This document shows, piece after piece, positions 19,940 to 29,720 of a stretch of DNA of 64,000 nucleotides. Position 1 is the first letter of the stretch. Each line of letters starts with the position of its first letter. The DNA is from a bacterium (GTDB lineage: Bacteria; UBA8248; JACPRG01; G963555815). The translations under genes were made by a program, and so were the position numbers. The notes beneath the pieces are model-generated. The model saw only the letters and a program-made list of their open reading frames with translations. It ran no database searches and had not been told where the DNA came from. The stretch spans positions 4,512,001 through 4,576,000 of the forward strand of contig OZ244653.1 in the NCBI GenBank assembly GCA_965218795.1. Reading direction: 5' to 3'.

Positions 19940-21811
19940 ATGAGCGGTTTTACCGGAATTTTTTCAGCCAAAGCGAACCTGCGAGATATCGATAAAAGTC
20001 TCTTTCAGGCCGCATCCTTGGGGCTTGGCCGGCGTTCCAAGGTCGTAGACGAACCTTGTCTGTTGACCCTTTGCGAATCTCACGAAGCGATGGGGAGCGC
20101 CTCCAAAGTCGCCTCGTCGGCGGATGACAGGGTCCGCCTTTTCCTGGAGGGCGAGATCCTTAATCTGGATGAGCTCGACCCCCCCGGAGCGCGCTCGCAG
20201 GCTGAGAGCTGCTTGACCTTCTACCTGGAAGACCGGCTGGGCGAGCTTGAGAGGGCCAATGGGTCGTTCGCCCTTTTGCTCTCGGACACGCGGGTTTCTC
20301 CAAAGGTGGTCTTGGTGACGGACCGACTTTGTACGCGGCCCATCTATGCCTTCCTCTGTGGGGACCAGTGCTTTTTCTCCACCCACATGGCCTCCCTGTT
20401 GTCGTTCCCTCAGGTGGAGAGACGACTCTCACTCCAGGGTCTCGTGGAGTTCTTTGCCGTCCGGCGCACGTCTCTCGATCACACCCTCTACGAGGACATC
20501 CGCGTCTTACCCGCGGCTTCTGTCTGGTCTTTTGACGGGCGGCGTCCCGCAGTACGGTCCTACTGGTCCATGCGCTGGAAGGGTCCGCCCTGTAGTCGAA
20601 GAGAGGCTCCCGAGGCGCTGGCTGAGGCTCTTCGCGTTGCCGTTCGGCGGCGGACCAAGGACGGAACGAGGTGTGCCCTGTTGCTGAGCGGGGGGCTGGA
20701 CGCACGGGCCGTTCTCGCCGCTGCGGACAGGCCGCTGAAGACCATCACGCTCGCCCCTTTCGAGAACGCAGAGGCGCGGGCGGCGCGCCGCTTGGCTGAA
20801 GCCGCCGGAAGTCAGCATATATTCATTGAAGTCCCTCCCGGACGAGTAGCCGAAGGTTTTGCGGATTCGGTGGCTTTTTGCGGCGGGAATTACGTATCGT
20901 CGTTCAATTTCTTTCCGGCAGCGCCGGAAATTGCAGAACATTGCGACGTGGCGCTCTCCGGGTACGGAATCGATTACACGGTTCGCGGGATGTATATGAA
21001 CAACGCATTTCTCCGGCTTGGAGGCTCGGTCACGCAGCTTCCCCGTCTGCGCAGGGCTTCGAATCACCACCTGGAAGAACAGGTGGCCGCCACACTTCGT
21101 TACCGGCTTCCTGCCAAGAGTCTTCGGCGAATCTTCCGGTCCCGGCTCGCGGTCGAGTGTGAAGCCATGCTCCGATGCTCTATCCGCGAGGCCCTCGCGC
21201 CTCATCAAACCGAAGCGCTCCACCCCCAGAACGGATGGGACTCCTTCACCCTTTCCCCGGTCTCCAAGCACTATACCTTCGGAGACCTTCTCTTTCTTCG
21301 GCATTTCGTCCAGACGCGAACCCCGGCCTATGACCGAGATCTTTTTGATTTTTTTCTGTCCATGCCGCCTGCCTGGCGGTGCTCGGGGAAGGTCTTTCGG
21401 GAGGCGCTTCGACTGCTGAACCCGGAGCTTGCGCGGCTGCGCACCAGCAATACCGGATTTCGGGGGGACATGGGTCGTTGGCCGCAGGTGGCCCTGGTGC
21501 TTGCGCGGGCCGGCCTGCGGAGGGCGCGGGCGCTCCCTCGTCCGTCGGTCCCCGAAGCCGGGGCGACCCAGGGATCCTGGGTGGATTTTCCCGAACTGTT
21601 GCGTACGCATCCTGTCCTCAAGGAGCAGATGGACCATGCCCTCGTGGACCCGGAGGTTCGCCGCCTGGAACTCTTCGACCTGGAAGCGGTCGCGGCCATG
21701 GTCCGAGAGGATCGGAGTCGGACGGCTGATCACGGAAAGGTTCTCACATTATTTTTGACCTTTTGCACCTGGAATCAGCTTTTTCCTTCTTCAGGCTCGC
21801 CGTTGACATAG
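19940..21811 (+). CDS. Asparagine synthase-related protein (no catalytic Cys)
   Basis: MSGFTG start, NGSFA, TDRLCTRPIY, LSGGLDAR. Confidence 0.8.
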   Translation: MSGFTGIFSAKANLRDIDKSLFQAASLGLGRRSKVVDEPCLLTLCESHEAMGSASKVASSADDRVRLFLEGEILNLDELDPPGARSQAESCLTFYLEDRLGELERANGSFALLLSDTRVSPKVVLVTDRLCTRPIYAFLCGDQCFFSTHMASLLSFPQVERRLSLQGLVEFFAVRRTSLDHTLYEDIRVLPAASVWSFDGRRPAVRSYWSMRWKGPPCSRREAPEALAEALRVAVRRRTKDGTRCALLLSGGLDARAVLAAADRPLKTITLAPFENAEARAARRLAEAAGSQHIFIEVPPGRVAEGFADSVAFCGGNYVSSFNFFPAAPEIAEHCDVALSGYGIDYTVRGMYMNNAFLRLGGSVTQLPRLRRASNHHLEEQVAATLRYRLPAKSLRRIFRSRLAVECEAMLRCSIREALAPHQTEALHPQNGWDSFTLSPVSKHYTFGDLLFLRHFVQTRTPAYDRDLFDFFLSMPPAWRCSGKVFREALRLLNPELARLRTSNTGFRGDMGRWPQVALVLARAGLRRARALPRPSVPEAGATQGSWVDFPELLRTHPVLKEQMDHALVDPEVRRLELFDLEAVAAMVREDRSRTADHGKVLTLFLTFCTWNQLFPSSGSPLT

Positions 21812-22145
21812 CACCCAGGAATCGCCGGTTAAGGAACCGCTCCTTGCGCGTTGCTCTTTTCACAACAGAAGTTTCGGCTTTCGAGCTATTTCCATCGGAT
21901 TCTGATGACAAGATTGTTCTCGTCATTTGTCCAGAGAACCACCGCGGAGCTCCTAAAGTTGAAAGTGTCATAAGGCAGGCTGAGACGTTAGGGATCCCGT
22001 TTTTATGGCACGAGAGACAGGGAGAGACCCTTGATTTAGTTCTGGAATTGCAGCGATATGAGGAGTTGGGGGTGACGTTTGGAATCCTCAGGGCTACCCA
22101 AGGGCCACCTCCTGGAAGCGAAGGAATCTGTATGGCTTCTCCCTC

Positions 22146-23108
22146 ATGGTCCTGTGGGTGCCGTCACTGTTGAAGATCCTTCAGCGGGTCCGGCGGCTCC
22201 ATGCGGAGATCCCCATTGGTTGCGTTCACTACAATCATGAGAGCCTTTTTTACATCGCCTGGTGGCTGAAGAAAGCGCTGAAACTGAAGGCTGTGTTCCA
22301 CATTCGGACCAGGCCGATGCCGGGTCCGTGGGCAAGGCTTCAATGGAGGCTGATTCGCGCGGTCGGTGATTATCTCATCTTCATCACAGAGAACGAGTTG
22401 GAGCATGCCCGACAGATAACCGGATCCTGTCGGTTTCCAGATCATTCCGTCATCTTCAATATCGGTGAAAGTATTTTTCGCAATGGCGGGAAGCCCAAGA
22501 ACCGTCAGTTGAGGATCATGTTACTGGGGACAGTCATGCCGTCCAAGGGAGTCGATAGAGTTGTCCAAATCGCTGATTCCCTTCGAGGTCGACAGATACC
22601 CTTCCGAATTGACATCTTTGGTTCCGCGCCGGACCCTCCGAAGTCATTTTTCTCCGTGCGAGATAACTACCTCCAGAGTATTCGGTCTTCCATCGAGTCG
22701 TTGGGTCTCAGCGATTGCGTCCATTTTTGCGGCTACGTAAATGATCCTTTAATGGTGCTGGCCAAGGCGGACATTTTGCTTCGGCTGACACGGGACAACG
22801 ATCCCTAGGGCCGCGATGTGATCGAAGCGATAGCCATGGGCGTTCCCGTGATTGCGACGGGGGAGTACGAGGGTTTCATCAAGAATGGGGAGAACGGATT
22901 TGTGATCCCTGATTATTCGACGGAAGCATTTGTCGACAAGATCCATCTGTTGGCTAATGACCCCTCACTTCGCAAGGAAATATCACAGCGTTGCAGAGAG
23001 AATGCAAAGCATCTGTTTAACGGTCAGGCCAGGGCGAAAGAAGTGGAAGCCATTTATACGAAACTTCTGGACGCGGGGTTCATGTCGAAGCCCGACGGGG
23101 CGCATTGA
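22146..23108 (+). pseudogene. GT4 glycosyltransferase, 5'-truncated, with an in-frame TAG at 22806-22808
   Basis: KGVD..HFCGYV..DNDP*GRDVIEAIAMGVPVIAT; the two ORFs are in the same frame. Confidence 0.75.
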
Positions 23109-24064
23109 AACAAGCCGTCGAGGAAGCCAAAGAACATCCAGTGACGAGGTTGTTCGATCTGCGTGACTATGACCGCCTGCTCCGGACTTTTCTGAAGGCT
23201 GGGTACGAGTTGGTGGACTATGCCGAGGCCAGGTTGCGCCTGGGGCCGGGCCGGGATCGTTTTGCCGTCTGGCGCCACGATGTGGATTTCTGCTTGGGCC
23301 GGGCCCTGGCGTTGGCCCGTGTGGAGGCCGAGCACGGAATCCAGGCGGATTACTTCGTCCTCTTGAGGTCTCAAATGTACAATTTGCTGGATACCCGAGA
23401 GCTCTCCAGGCTGAAAGAGATCCGTAGGCTCGGACATCGAATCGGGCTTTATTTTGACTTTGCCCTGTACAGGGATGCAGGAATGAACTCATTAGAATCT
23501 CGAATCGAAAGAGAGTGCGGGGTCCTGGAGGACTGGATCAAGGAACCGGTTCTGATGGTTTCCTTTCACCGCCCGATCGAATCGCTTTTGGAAACGGAGA
23601 TATCCCTGGGCGATCGGGGACATGCCTACCAGTCGGATTTCTTCAAAGAGATGGCGTATTATTCAGATTCCCGAGGCTACTGGACCCACGGCTCTCCTGT
23701 AGAGGTTGCCGCATTCGCCGAAGGGCGACCCATGCAGATTCTGACTCATCCCATTTGGTGGTGTGGACCTGCCCGGCAGACGCAAACGGAAAGATTGGAA
23801 GATTTTGCAAGGGAGAGACTGGACGCCCTCCGAGTGGGGATTGCCGGGAGCTGCGAAACCTATCATTACGAAGAGAAAGAGCGGAATTTGGAACGCAGGG
23901 AGGATGGGGGGAGCGATGAGCGGCCTGTTCGTCCAAGGGAACATGAGACGGAAAATCCCCGCCAGAAGGACTGTAGGCGAGGATGGAAACCGCGTTGCCG
24001 AGGGGGCCTCCAGAGTGGGGTTGAAGGTGCGAAGCGCCCCGGGAGGGCAAGGCGCATCCGATGA
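23105..24064 (+). CDS. WbmS-like polysaccharide deacetylase-fold protein
   Basis: RHDVDF, SFHRP, YYSDSRG, QILTHPIWW. Confidence 0.7.
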   Translation: MKQAVEEAKEHPVTRLFDLRDYDRLLRTFLKAGYELVDYAEARLRLGPGRDRFAVWRHDVDFCLGRALALARVEAEHGIQADYFVLLRSQMYNLLDTRELSRLKEIRRLGHRIGLYFDFALYRDAGMNSLESRIERECGVLEDWIKEPVLMVSFHRPIESLLETEISLGDRGHAYQSDFFKEMAYYSDSRGYWTHGSPVEVAAFAEGRPMQILTHPIWWCGPARQTQTERLEDFARERLDALRVGIAGSCETYHYEEKERNLERREDGGSDERPVRPREHETENPRQKDCRRGWKPRCRGGLQSGVEGAKRPGRARRIR

Positions 24065-24188
24065 ATGGAGTCCTCGAGGAGTTCCCTCGCGATTCTGAGG
24101 ATACCGATTGTTGCGGGCGAGTTCCGGTTGCCACGGGGATTCGACCTTCTTTCATCCCTTGAGAACGAGAAGGAGAGTTTTTAGGGCA

Positions 24189-25739
24189 ATGTTCGGGAAT
24201 CGGGTCGTCCGAGGGGTGAGGCTGCTGGCGATCGGCCTGCCTCTGGGCTTCGTTCTGGCATGGGCGCCGGGAACCTTCTTTGTATCGACGCTGGCCTTGC
24301 TGACTTGCGCGCTGATCCGTCGGATGGCCCCGAGGAATGACCGGCGATTCCTGCTGATCTTATTTCTGCTGGCCTTGGTGACGCGGTTTACGCTGTCGTG
24401 GGTGTATCAGATGTTTTTTGTGGAAGCGAGGCTGGTTTCCCCCTTGGGACCGGACGGAGAGCTCTATTCGGCGGGAGGCTGGTACATTTCGAGCATCATT
24501 GCAGGCAAGAGATTTGTCCCCCTGGAACCACAAGAATTTCAAATTCTGTTTCCCAAATCGCTCAAGCATCTGGACTTTCAGGAAATTGTGTACCGCTTCC
24601 AAGGAAAATACCTTCCCCCTCTGAATTATCACGCCACCGGTTTCTTCACCTATGCAATCGCCTTTTTTTATTCGATGGTGGGGTATGCCCCACTTGCCTT
24701 CAAATGGTTCAACGGGTTCCTGGGAAGTATTCTGCCTCTTCTCGGCTATGCCATCGGGGGACAGCTTTACGGCCAACGCGCTGGAAGAATTTCCGCAGTA
24801 TTGCTGGCTCTCCATCCGTTTCTTCTGCTCTGGTCCATCACCGCGCTGAGGGATACCGTCGTCATCTTGTGCGTTGCGGTTCTGGTCTTGTCTACCATTC
24901 GAATCCTCAAGGGTCGATGGATCTGGCTGTTGGGATGGGTCGGCGCCGGGGTGGGCCTGTATATGATGCATTGGTGGATCTGGCCAACTTTTTGGGCTTC
25001 TCTGGGAGCGGGCCTCTTGGGGATTCTGGCTTCTCGGTACAGGCGGATGGCCCGATGGATCGGAGGCGGAGTCGCGGCGGCGATTGTGGTGGGATGGGTC
25101 CTGTATTCCCCGGTTGTGAAAGCCGGGTACGATGGGATCATTGCGGAGTTTGTTAAAGTAAACGCTAAACGCTACGGTGGGGCTGGAGCTTTTAGGTACC
25201 AAATCTTCCCCCCGGAGGTCTATCAGAAAGGGATTCGGAGGTCTTTAAACGCGACGCCCCACCCGTTCCCCATCCATGCCTTGAAGGTCATTCCAGTGGC
25301 TCGGGGCGAGCTCACTTGGGGGCTGGTAATGGGTTTGAGTCACTTGACGTTTCTTCCGTTCCCTTGTTGCGCCGAAGGCAGGTGGCAGGCCTTGGCCATC
25401 GCCGCTGGCGTAGGGATCTGGTATCCGCTGATTCCATTCATGGCCCTGGGCTTCCTTCGAAGTTGCGCTCAGGTTCCCCGGGCGACCATTTTCTTGGGAT
25501 CATTCACATTCGCAGTCATCTTGATCATCGGCGCAACGCATACGAACGTCTGGGTGCTGGTGCGTCACAGAGACATCTTGAGTCCTCTCCTGCTGGTGTG
25601 GGCGGGAGGGGGGATGGCGTGGGTCTGGACTCGGTTGACGGAGGCCATCGAGAGAAAAGGTACGGGCGGTCAGGTGTTCGTCCGTCCCGGCAGCCCGCCT
25701 CAAATGCCTTCCGCTGGGGAAAATCTTGGCGATCGTTGA
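24189..25739 (+). CDS. Multi-pass membrane protein (GT-C/PMT-like)
   Basis: About 12 hydrophobic segments, D-x-x-x-Y in the first loop, LRD, C-terminal N.wvl.RHR motif. Confidence 0.65.
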   Translation: MFGNRVVRGVRLLAIGLPLGFVLAWAPGTFFVSTLALLTCALIRRMAPRNDRRFLLILFLLALVTRFTLSWVYQMFFVEARLVSPLGPDGELYSAGGWYISSIIAGKRFVPLEPQEFQILFPKSLKHLDFQEIVYRFQGKYLPPLNYHATGFFTYAIAFFYSMVGYAPLAFKWFNGFLGSILPLLGYAIGGQLYGQRAGRISAVLLALHPFLLLWSITALRDTVVILCVAVLVLSTIRILKGRWIWLLGWVGAGVGLYMMHWWIWPTFWASLGAGLLGILASRYRRMARWIGGGVAAAIVVGWVLYSPVVKAGYDGIIAEFVKVNAKRYGGAGAFRYQIFPPEVYQKGIRRSLNATPHPFPIHALKVIPVARGELTWGLVMGLSHLTFLPFPCCAEGRWQALAIAAGVGIWYPLIPFMALGFLRSCAQVPRATIFLGSFTFAVILIIGATHTNVWVLVRHRDILSPLLLVWAGGGMAWVWTRLTEAIERKGTGGQVFVRPGSPPQMPSAGENLGDR

Positions 25740-26307
25740 TGAAAAAGGGCGACTCTTCGGCCGCATCAATTTGATTGACTTGGCGGCCCTTTGCGCCCTG
25801 GTTCTTTTGGTCCTTCTGTTCCTTTGGGGATATCGGCTGTATTCCTTCAATTATCGGGAGCGCGTCAGGAAGGAAGTCCGGGAGGAGTGGAAGGAGTGGA
25901 AGACGCGCCGTTATCTTCTGGGGGACAAGGTGGTCATCATCCTCTATGCGCGGATTCCCGGGTATCTCCGGAATGTTGTTGCGGTTGGGGATGCCGAAGC
26001 GGTGGATGACAGAGGCCTTGAGCGTCCAATGACCCTCTTGGGCAGGCTGGATGCGAGGAAGACGCCCGATGCGGATTTATTGCTTCTTCGGGGGTTGGCC
26101 CGGAAAAGTCCCCAAGGCGTGTGGTATGCGGGAAAGGACAGGCCGCTACGTCTCGGGGAGTCATTGGCCTTTAAGGCCCGGCAATACAGGATCACGGGCA
26201 AGATCGTCCGGCTTCTGACAGGAAAAGATGCGAATCTGGAAAACGCGTTATCGGTGATGCGCGGAATCCGCGTGGAACTCGAAGGGGAAGGAGAGAGACG
26301 GCCATGA
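25726..26307 (+). CDS. DUF4330-like membrane-anchored protein
   Basis: N-terminus IVDEKGRLFGRINLIDL followed by a TM helix. Confidence 0.65.
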   Translation: MAIVDEKGRLFGRINLIDLAALCALVLLVLLFLWGYRLYSFNYRERVRKEVREEWKEWKTRRYLLGDKVVIILYARIPGYLRNVVAVGDAEAVDDRGLERPMTLLGRLDARKTPDADLLLLRGLARKSPQGVWYAGKDRPLRLGESLAFKARQYRITGKIVRLLTGKDANLENALSVMRGIRVELEGEGERRP

Positions 26308-26693
26308 TAGGGTCCGGTCCGCAAGGGCTCGATCCAGGGAGTTCCCGAGCTCCGAGGGAGATATCAAGAGCCATCGTGGAGGGGAGCTTCGCGGCTCGAA
26401 CGCTACGGCGGGTCGGCCACTCGTTGCGGAGGGCATGGGGACGCTCGATGGTGTTGTCCTTGATGAGGTGGTTGGCCGAATCGGTCCGACAACCCCGGGA
26501 TCTCCTCTTTCAATTTGCCTGGACGGCGGCCTTTACGGTTGTATTCCTGTTCCTCCTGCCGGCCCCGTTCAATCCGCCGCTGAGTCTCATGGGGTGGCTT
26601 TCCCGCATCATGATGTTACTTGGGGCGCTCGTTGCAGTCCGGTGGATATGCCTGCCGGTGGATGAACAGGATGAAGGCCCCGAGAATCGGTGA
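26304..26693 (+). CDS. Small membrane protein
   Basis: ATGA coupling to the previous gene; two C-terminal hydrophobic helices. Confidence 0.5.
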   Translation: MIGSGPQGLDPGSSRAPREISRAIVEGSFAARTLRRVGHSLRRAWGRSMVLSLMRWLAESVRQPRDLLFQFAWTAAFTVVFLFLLPAPFNPPLSLMGWLSRIMMLLGALVAVRWICLPVDEQDEGPENR

Positions 26694-26876
26694 GTCCGAC
26701 GACCGCTCCGGGCGGGCATGGCCTTCGGTCAACGCTACCAGCCCTGGAGCCGTCCCAAGGCCTGGAGGCGGTGCTGTTCGCCACCGCGCAAGAGACCGCC
26801 GCGCTCTCCGGCGTGTTGAGGTGTCGTGCAGTTTTTTCCCATAACTGAGGAGACCTCCGGTCCCGAGGGGGGCAAA

Positions 26877-27974
26877 GTGTGGACTCGGCTGCTGGTCATT
26901 GCGGCTTCACTGGGCGGCGGAGGTGCGGAACGATTTCTAACGTTATTATTGCGCAACCTCGACCGGCGACGTTTCGAGCTCCACTTGGCGCTGGTCGACG
27001 CCTCGGGCCCTCACCTCTCTAGCATCCCCCCGGATGTGGCCGTCCACGACCTGGGGGTGAGGCGCGTTCGTTATTCTTTGCCGGCCGTTATGCGGACAGT
27101 CCGCCGCCTGCGTCCCGCTACGGTGCTTTCCACGCTGGGATATCTGAATGTGGCGGTGATCGCGAGCCGCTTTTTCTGGTCCGCCGGCACGCGGCTCTGG
27201 GTCAGGGAGGCGAATATCCCTTCAGCCTCGCTGGGCAGTGGGGGAAAAAACCGTCTGCTTCGAAGGGTCTACCCTTGGTTATATCCTCGGGCGGATGGCA
27301 TTGTATGCGTCACCGAGGCGATTCGGAGAGAGCTTGCAGAAGACTTTTGCATTCCGGTCTCCCGGTTGAGGGTAATCGCCAACCCCGTCGAGGTTGACGT
27401 CTTGCGTTCACTGGCCGGGCAAGGGGGAAGCCCCTTTGAGGGCGGTGGGCCTCAGGTGATTGCGGCCGGGCGCCTGACGCGACAGAAGGGGTTCGACTTG
27501 TTGCTCCGGGCCATTTCCCCGATCATGCGTGATCGGCCTGATGTCCGATTGACCATACTGGGCACCGGCCCGGAGGCGTCATCGCTTCAGGCGCTTGCGG
27601 AGGGCCTCGGAGTTTCTGGATCAGTATCGATGCCGGGTTTTGTGGACAACCCGTTTCGGTATTTCCGGGCTGCCGACATGTTTGTCCTCTCCTCCCGGTG
27701 GGAGGGGATGCCCAACGTGGTCCTGGAGGCCTTGGCCTGCGGTACGCCCGTGGTGGCCTTTGATTGCGCCGGCGGGGGGGTCAGAGAGATCGCCGAAGAG
27801 ACCGAGAAGGTTGAAGTGGTCCCCCGAGAGGATGTACCGGCCCTGACCGAAGCCATCGCCAGTCATCTGGGCCGCAAAGTCGGGAACGGAAAACCCTTGC
27901 TACCGGACAAATTCCATATCCGGAGGGTCGTAAAGCAATACGAGGATATCCTGGAAGGGGGCGGAATTGCTTGA
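26877..27974 (+). CDS. GT4 glycosyltransferase (PglJ/WabH-like)
   Basis: GGGGAER, GRLTRQKGFD, SSRWEGMPNVVLEALACG. Confidence 0.9.
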   Translation: MWTRLLVIAASLGGGGAERFLTLLLRNLDRRRFELHLALVDASGPHLSSIPPDVAVHDLGVRRVRYSLPAVMRTVRRLRPATVLSTLGYLNVAVIASRFFWSAGTRLWVREANIPSASLGSGGKNRLLRRVYPWLYPRADGIVCVTEAIRRELAEDFCIPVSRLRVIANPVEVDVLRSLAGQGGSPFEGGGPQVIAAGRLTRQKGFDLLLRAISPIMRDRPDVRLTILGTGPEASSLQALAEGLGVSGSVSMPGFVDNPFRYFRAADMFVLSSRWEGMPNVVLEALACGTPVVAFDCAGGGVREIAEETEKVEVVPREDVPALTEAIASHLGRKVGNGKPLLPDKFHIRRVVKQYEDILEGGGIA

Positions 27975-28060
27975 TTTCCCCCCTTGCGACTGGAAGGAGT
28001 CCAACCCTTGCGGCCCCGGTTTTGCAGAGACGCCCCTCCCTTGGAAAGGCTCTTGTATCG

Positions 28061-28283
28061 ATGAAGCATAGGGTGCTCGCCGCGCTGGTCCTCATTTTTC
28101 TAGGGGATCTCTTCATGCGGACGTATCGTCTTTCCGATAGGGGTCTCCTGGTCAGCGACGAAAGCGGATATTACGGGGGCCCGGCGGCCACTGTGACCTC
28201 GCTCATCCACTGGTGGTTGGCCGGAACGGGGGATGGCCTTTCAGCTTCCTCCCGCCGGGAGGTGGGAGGAAGCCGGGTTTCCA
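28061..28283 (+). pseudogene. N-terminal fragment of an ArnT/PMT-like membrane glycosyltransferase
   Basis: TM helix then R.yrL...gl..sDE..Y; similarity ends where an opposite-strand fragment begins. Confidence 0.45.
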
Positions 28284-28538
28284 TCACGTGGCCAAACCTG
28301 GGTACGGTGTCCTGGTTCTCCTGCGTATTCGGAGCAACAGATGAAATCGCGCCGTGTGACACAGCAGGGCTGCTATGTAGAGGAAAGCTCCGCCCACCAC
28401 CGATTGAGGGTTCGCGGAAGTCAGGAGGGAGAAGACCTCTTGCAGGTGGACCCAGGACAGGAGCAGGTAGCACAGCACCGAGGACAGGGCAATGGCCAGA
28501 AGGACGTGTATCCACTTCTTCTTATTGCGGGGGAGCAT
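28284..28538 (-). pseudogene. N-terminal fragment of a lysylphosphatidylglycerol synthase TM/flippase-like protein
   Basis: KKKWIHVLLAIALSSVLCYLLLSWVHLQEVFSLL...ARFHLLL pattern; truncated. Confidence 0.55.
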
Positions 28539-28704
28539 GAATTCGGCCTCGATGTAATGCGGCGGCCTCTCTTTCCCGCCCATCGGGTTATGCGTACGTC
28601 CTTGTCAGCATGGTCGAACAAGACCGGAAAACCCGGGGAGCACCCTTCTTGCCGGTGTTCCTGTGGCCCTCTCTGTGTCTCCCAGGTTCGGTCGGCGGAT
28701 TCGC

Positions 28705-28739
28705 CTTCAGGAGGCTGGCTAGCTTCAGGAGGCTGGCTA
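28705..28739. repeat. Two-copy 18-bp tandem repeat CTTCAGGAGGCTGGCTA(G)
   Basis: Seen directly in the sequence. Confidence 0.85.
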
Positions 28740-28811
28740 AAATGTTACAATACCTCATTTCTTTGAACAAGATACGATCCTGTGGACAACCGAAAAATCT
28801 CTCCCCCAACG

Positions 28812-29448
28812 ATGAGCCTTAACAGACGAATCCTCTTCTTCTTACTGCTCCCTCTCGTTTCCCTGAGTCTGCTCTTGGTCATCATCGAATCGGGGCTGTT
28901 TGTCCTCGAGAAGGTCGGAGTCCTCAGGCGAACGGGTTTTGTCTCCCGCCTCCTCCGTCCCAGCAATATCCCCAACATTGAATACGAGCTCGTCCCCAAC
29001 TCCGCTGACGCTGGGATTCGGATTAACAGTCTCGGATTTCGCTCCGACGAAATACCTCTGAAGAAGGTTGCCGGCGAGTTCCGCATCTTGGTGCTGGGAG
29101 ACTCGGTGACCTTCGGGACCGGAGGAAGGAACGAAGGCACCTATCCTTCAATTCTCCAGGAGCGTCTGCGGAGGTACATTCAAAAAGGGGTTCTCGGCTT
29201 CGGCTGAACGTCGTCACATGGGTATAGGCGGATACAACTCATGCGCCGAGTTACATTCCTCCAGTACAAAGGGATGATGCTGAAGGAAAGATACTGTGGC
29301 GGTCCCAAGGGTTCAATACCTGAATCACGGGCGCTCCATTTCGTTAAAGGACCGAACCCTGGCCTATGACGGAATGCACCTCACGCGAGCCGGCAACGAA
29401 ATCATCGCAGGCCACCTCTTCCCCGTCCTCAAAGATTCCATCCGCTGA
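28812..29448 (+). pseudogene. SGNH/GDSL hydrolase, frameshifted and internally deleted
   Basis: INSLGFR, ILVLGDSVTFG (block I), shifted MGIGGYN (block II), YDGMHLTRAGN (DxxH block V). Confidence 0.72.
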
Positions 29449-29720
29449 CCTTCATCTACATGTGAGTTTTGTTCTGGCGGTGTAAAGATTGGTGATGGAT
29501 GATTGATGCGTTGCGCCTGAAAGCCTACTGAGGATTCCGAATTCACAACAGTTCTGAAGCCTTGGTGAACGGATTTTATCTTGGATCCCTGAATGTAAGA
29601 CCTGACGCGATGATTTCCTTCCCAAAGGTGAGGGCAAGAAAATTTTGGATGGTGCGATGGAAAGCCGGTCGGGGTGGAATGGGGAGGTTGGTTTAGGACC
29701 GGCGGTGATTGTTGGATGAA

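Noticed and set aside
9384-21811. Lasso-peptide cluster suggested by AsnB-like cyclases
   Set aside because: No precursor, B1/B2 proteins or exporter; the context is sugar modification
21763-22173. ORF that might be a formyltransferase N-terminal stub
   Set aside because: Resemblance too weak and no diagnostic motif; left unannotated
22806-22808. Pyrrolysine or stop-codon recoding
   Set aside because: TAG ends many normal genes in this window, no pyl genes are seen, and the gene is otherwise damaged
29295-29325. tRNA T-loop-like GGGTTCAATACC
   Set aside because: No cloverleaf or acceptor stem; it lies within the SGNH pseudogene
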